A DNA stretch of 9,405 bases from Oopsacas minuta (lineage: Eukaryota > Animalia > Porifera), in NCBI GenBank assembly GCA_024704765.1, contig JAKMXF010000171.1, positions 1-9,405 on the forward strand. Reading direction: 5' to 3'. Below the pieces are notes generated by a model. That model saw only the letters and a list, made by a program, of their open reading frames with translations, had not been told where the DNA came from and did not search any database. The translations under genes and the position numbers were made by a program. Position 1 is the first letter of the stretch. Each line of letters begins with the position of its first letter. Below, piece after piece: positions 7,890 to 9,405 of the stretch.

Positions 7890-9071
7890 TTAGAAGATAT
7901 AACACATATCCTCTCCTAAACAAGCGAGAGTTACTTCCCCATTCTTATTGACGGAAATCCCTCCTAGAAATGGAACAGAAGGGCCACAAGGTATTTGGTG
8001 AATAGGATTTCCCTGAGGATCATATATGTGGATACAGCGAGTATTTTGATTGCATATAAGAATATTTCCGTTTCTGTCCACTGTGAAGAATTGTGGTGAT
8101 ATATTCCCAACGTTAGGAATCAAGCTCTTTAACAAGTTTCCGCCTCTGTCGAATACTTTAACTAGTATTTCATCACAATCCAATACATATATATTACTGC
8201 CAACTACTTTCACATCTTGCGGAGACTTCAGGGATTCTCTAATCTCTCCTTTAGGATAGAATGACTCGAATATGTGTACTTTCTTCTGACCTGTATCAGC
8301 TATAAACATTCTACCTTGTTTATCCACATCAATTCCTGCTGGTTTGGCTGTAGCTAGTCTTGGATCTGTTCTTCTGTTGTCTAGCATTCTACTCTGTTGT
8401 AGCTCTCCTTTCTTATTGAAAACGGATACACGACCATTCTCCGGCTCTGTCACATACACAATTCCTTTATTCGCCTTTACTCCCCATGGTTGTGATATCT
8501 TTCCTACCCCTATGGGTTCTAGAGGCTGTCCACTCTGTTTATTAAATACACATACTTGATTATTGATACAGTCAGCCATATATATCTTGTTATCACTTGA
8601 ATCACAACCACATACCATACCCTCTTGTCCCCGACCGATTTTACGTATCGGAGTAACTTTCTTAGCATAATCTGTCAGAGTTACATATTTAACTTCAAAG
8701 AAATTGGTTAAACTCGTGAATATAGATTGGTTGTATTTAACCTTAGCTCTCACAGTCTCTTTTCTATTTTGTAATTCAGTTAATTGTAGGTTAGCCATCG
8801 TCATCATTCCTCTCTGACAGAACCTCACATTTCTTGCATTACATTTGTATGCGTCTCTCAAATGTCCCCGTACTCCCTGTAGATCTTCCAATTCTCGTAA
8901 ATGAGCCTGTTCAATCTCCACGTAACTCCTTTTGTACTCTTTCATCGCTAAGTCAAAAGCAGTTTTCTCATTTAATATTGTAGCATATACACTTTCTAAA
9001 TATCTTTCAAATTCTAATCGTTTCTCTCTGATATCTTCATCAATGTTGAAATTGTTTGAAGGATAAGACAT
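7890..9071 (-). CDS. Intronless coiled-coil + NHL-repeat beta-propeller protein (TRIM-NHL-like, no RING/B-box), 393 aa, nested in a PTP intron
   Basis: ATG at 9071 to TAA at 7890. The N-terminal ~125 aa are helical and charged. The C-terminus has NHL blades: IYMADCINNQVCVF, PWGVKANKGIVYVTEPENGRVSVF, PAGIDVDKQGRMFIAD, PQDVKV..NIYVLD, PQFFTVDRNGNILIC. Confidence 0.9.
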   Translation of the reverse strand: MSYPSNNFNIDEDIREKRLEFERYLESVYATILNEKTAFDLAMKEYKRSYVEIEQAHLRELEDLQGVRGHLRDAYKCNARNVRFCQRGMMTMANLQLTELQNRKETVRAKVKYNQSIFTSLTNFFEVKYVTLTDYAKKVTPIRKIGRGQEGMVCGCDSSDNKIYMADCINNQVCVFNKQSGQPLEPIGVGKISQPWGVKANKGIVYVTEPENGRVSVFNKKGELQQSRMLDNRRTDPRLATAKPAGIDVDKQGRMFIADTGQKKVHIFESFYPKGEIRESLKSPQDVKVVGSNIYVLDCDEILVKVFDRGGNLLKSLIPNVGNISPQFFTVDRNGNILICNQNTRCIHIYDPQGNPIHQIPCGPSVPFLGGISVNKNGEVTLACLGEDMCYIF

Positions 9072-9313
9072 GGTGTTTGTGTCGTGTTAGAGTTCCCAAA
9101 AATATCTTATATTTATATGAAATATGATAATTTGATGTTACGTTATATTACTCAAAATTATTGGAGATAAACAGCGTATTTTTGTGAGTAATATTTGATC
9201 AATAATACACAATTTCTGCCACATAAATATGTTTACTGCAGATTTAGTTAAATTTCCCGGTTGAGGACAATTAAATCTCTCAACCATTTCTATTGCTGAA
9301 TTAATAAATTTAG

Positions 9314-9405
9314 ATCGATGAAGTTCACGAGGTGTCTCACTACTGGTACAGGAAGTGGCCTGAATACGGGGTCCCTGACAATCCCAACTCACTCGTTACC
9401 TTGTT
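9314..9405 (+). CDS. Receptor PTP exon (3'-partial): general-acid loop, WPE variant of WPD
   Basis: Acceptor aatttAG at 9313, phase 0, matching the 7697 donor. Reads IDEVHEVSHYWYRKWPEYGVPDNPNSLVTL, with WPEYGVP at 9356-9376. Confidence 0.92.
   Translation, partial: MDEVHEVSHYWYRKWPEYGVPDNPNSLVTL

Noticed and set aside
8050-8559. Plus-strand ORFs 8050-8259 and 8344-8559 as possible further PTP exons
   Set aside because: They are antisense shadows of the NHL gene with no PTP motifs. The PTP frame resumes cleanly at 9314.
9111-9117. TATAAAT on the minus strand, about 40 bp upstream of the NHL ATG, and ATTAAA on the minus strand at 7794-7799 as a poly(A) signal
   Set aside because: Such motifs are expected by chance at this AT content and need TSS or 3'-end data.
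9138-9392. 84-aa minus-strand ORF upstream of the NHL gene, considered as a RING/B-box exon
   Set aside because: No zinc-finger spacing. Its 5' part is the antisense of the WPE exon and the rest is AT-rich intron.

Overview
AT-rich, intron-containing animal genomic DNA, not prokaryotic. The short introns, an intronless coiled-coil/NHL gene and the protein families suggest a non-bilaterian such as a sponge; this is an inference only. I found three genes by manual translation and splicing. (1) 2-157 (+): the last coding exon of an upstream protein tyrosine phosphatase (PTP), missed by the ORF track (VDILRNVSLLRQDRGGLIQTREQYHF). (2) 1081 to beyond 9405 (+): a receptor-type PTP with at least 15 exons. 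All 14 GT-AG introns are phase-consistent. The architecture is signal peptide, 56-aa Ser/Thr mucin repeats, assembly gap (N at 1566), NIDO, AMOP, VWD with GDPH, beta-sandwich linker, about 7 EGF/cbEGF modules, TM, and a PTP domain. That is a MUC4/SUSD2-type ectodomain joined to an R7 (PTPRR/STEP)-like catalytic domain with non-canonical KNRF and WPE loops. (3) 7890-9071 (-): an intronless coiled-coil + NHL-repeat gene nested antisense in the 1617-bp intron just before the WPE-loop exon. Several enlarged introns contain MITE-like insertions. The catalytic HCX5R motif of gene 2 lies beyond the window.
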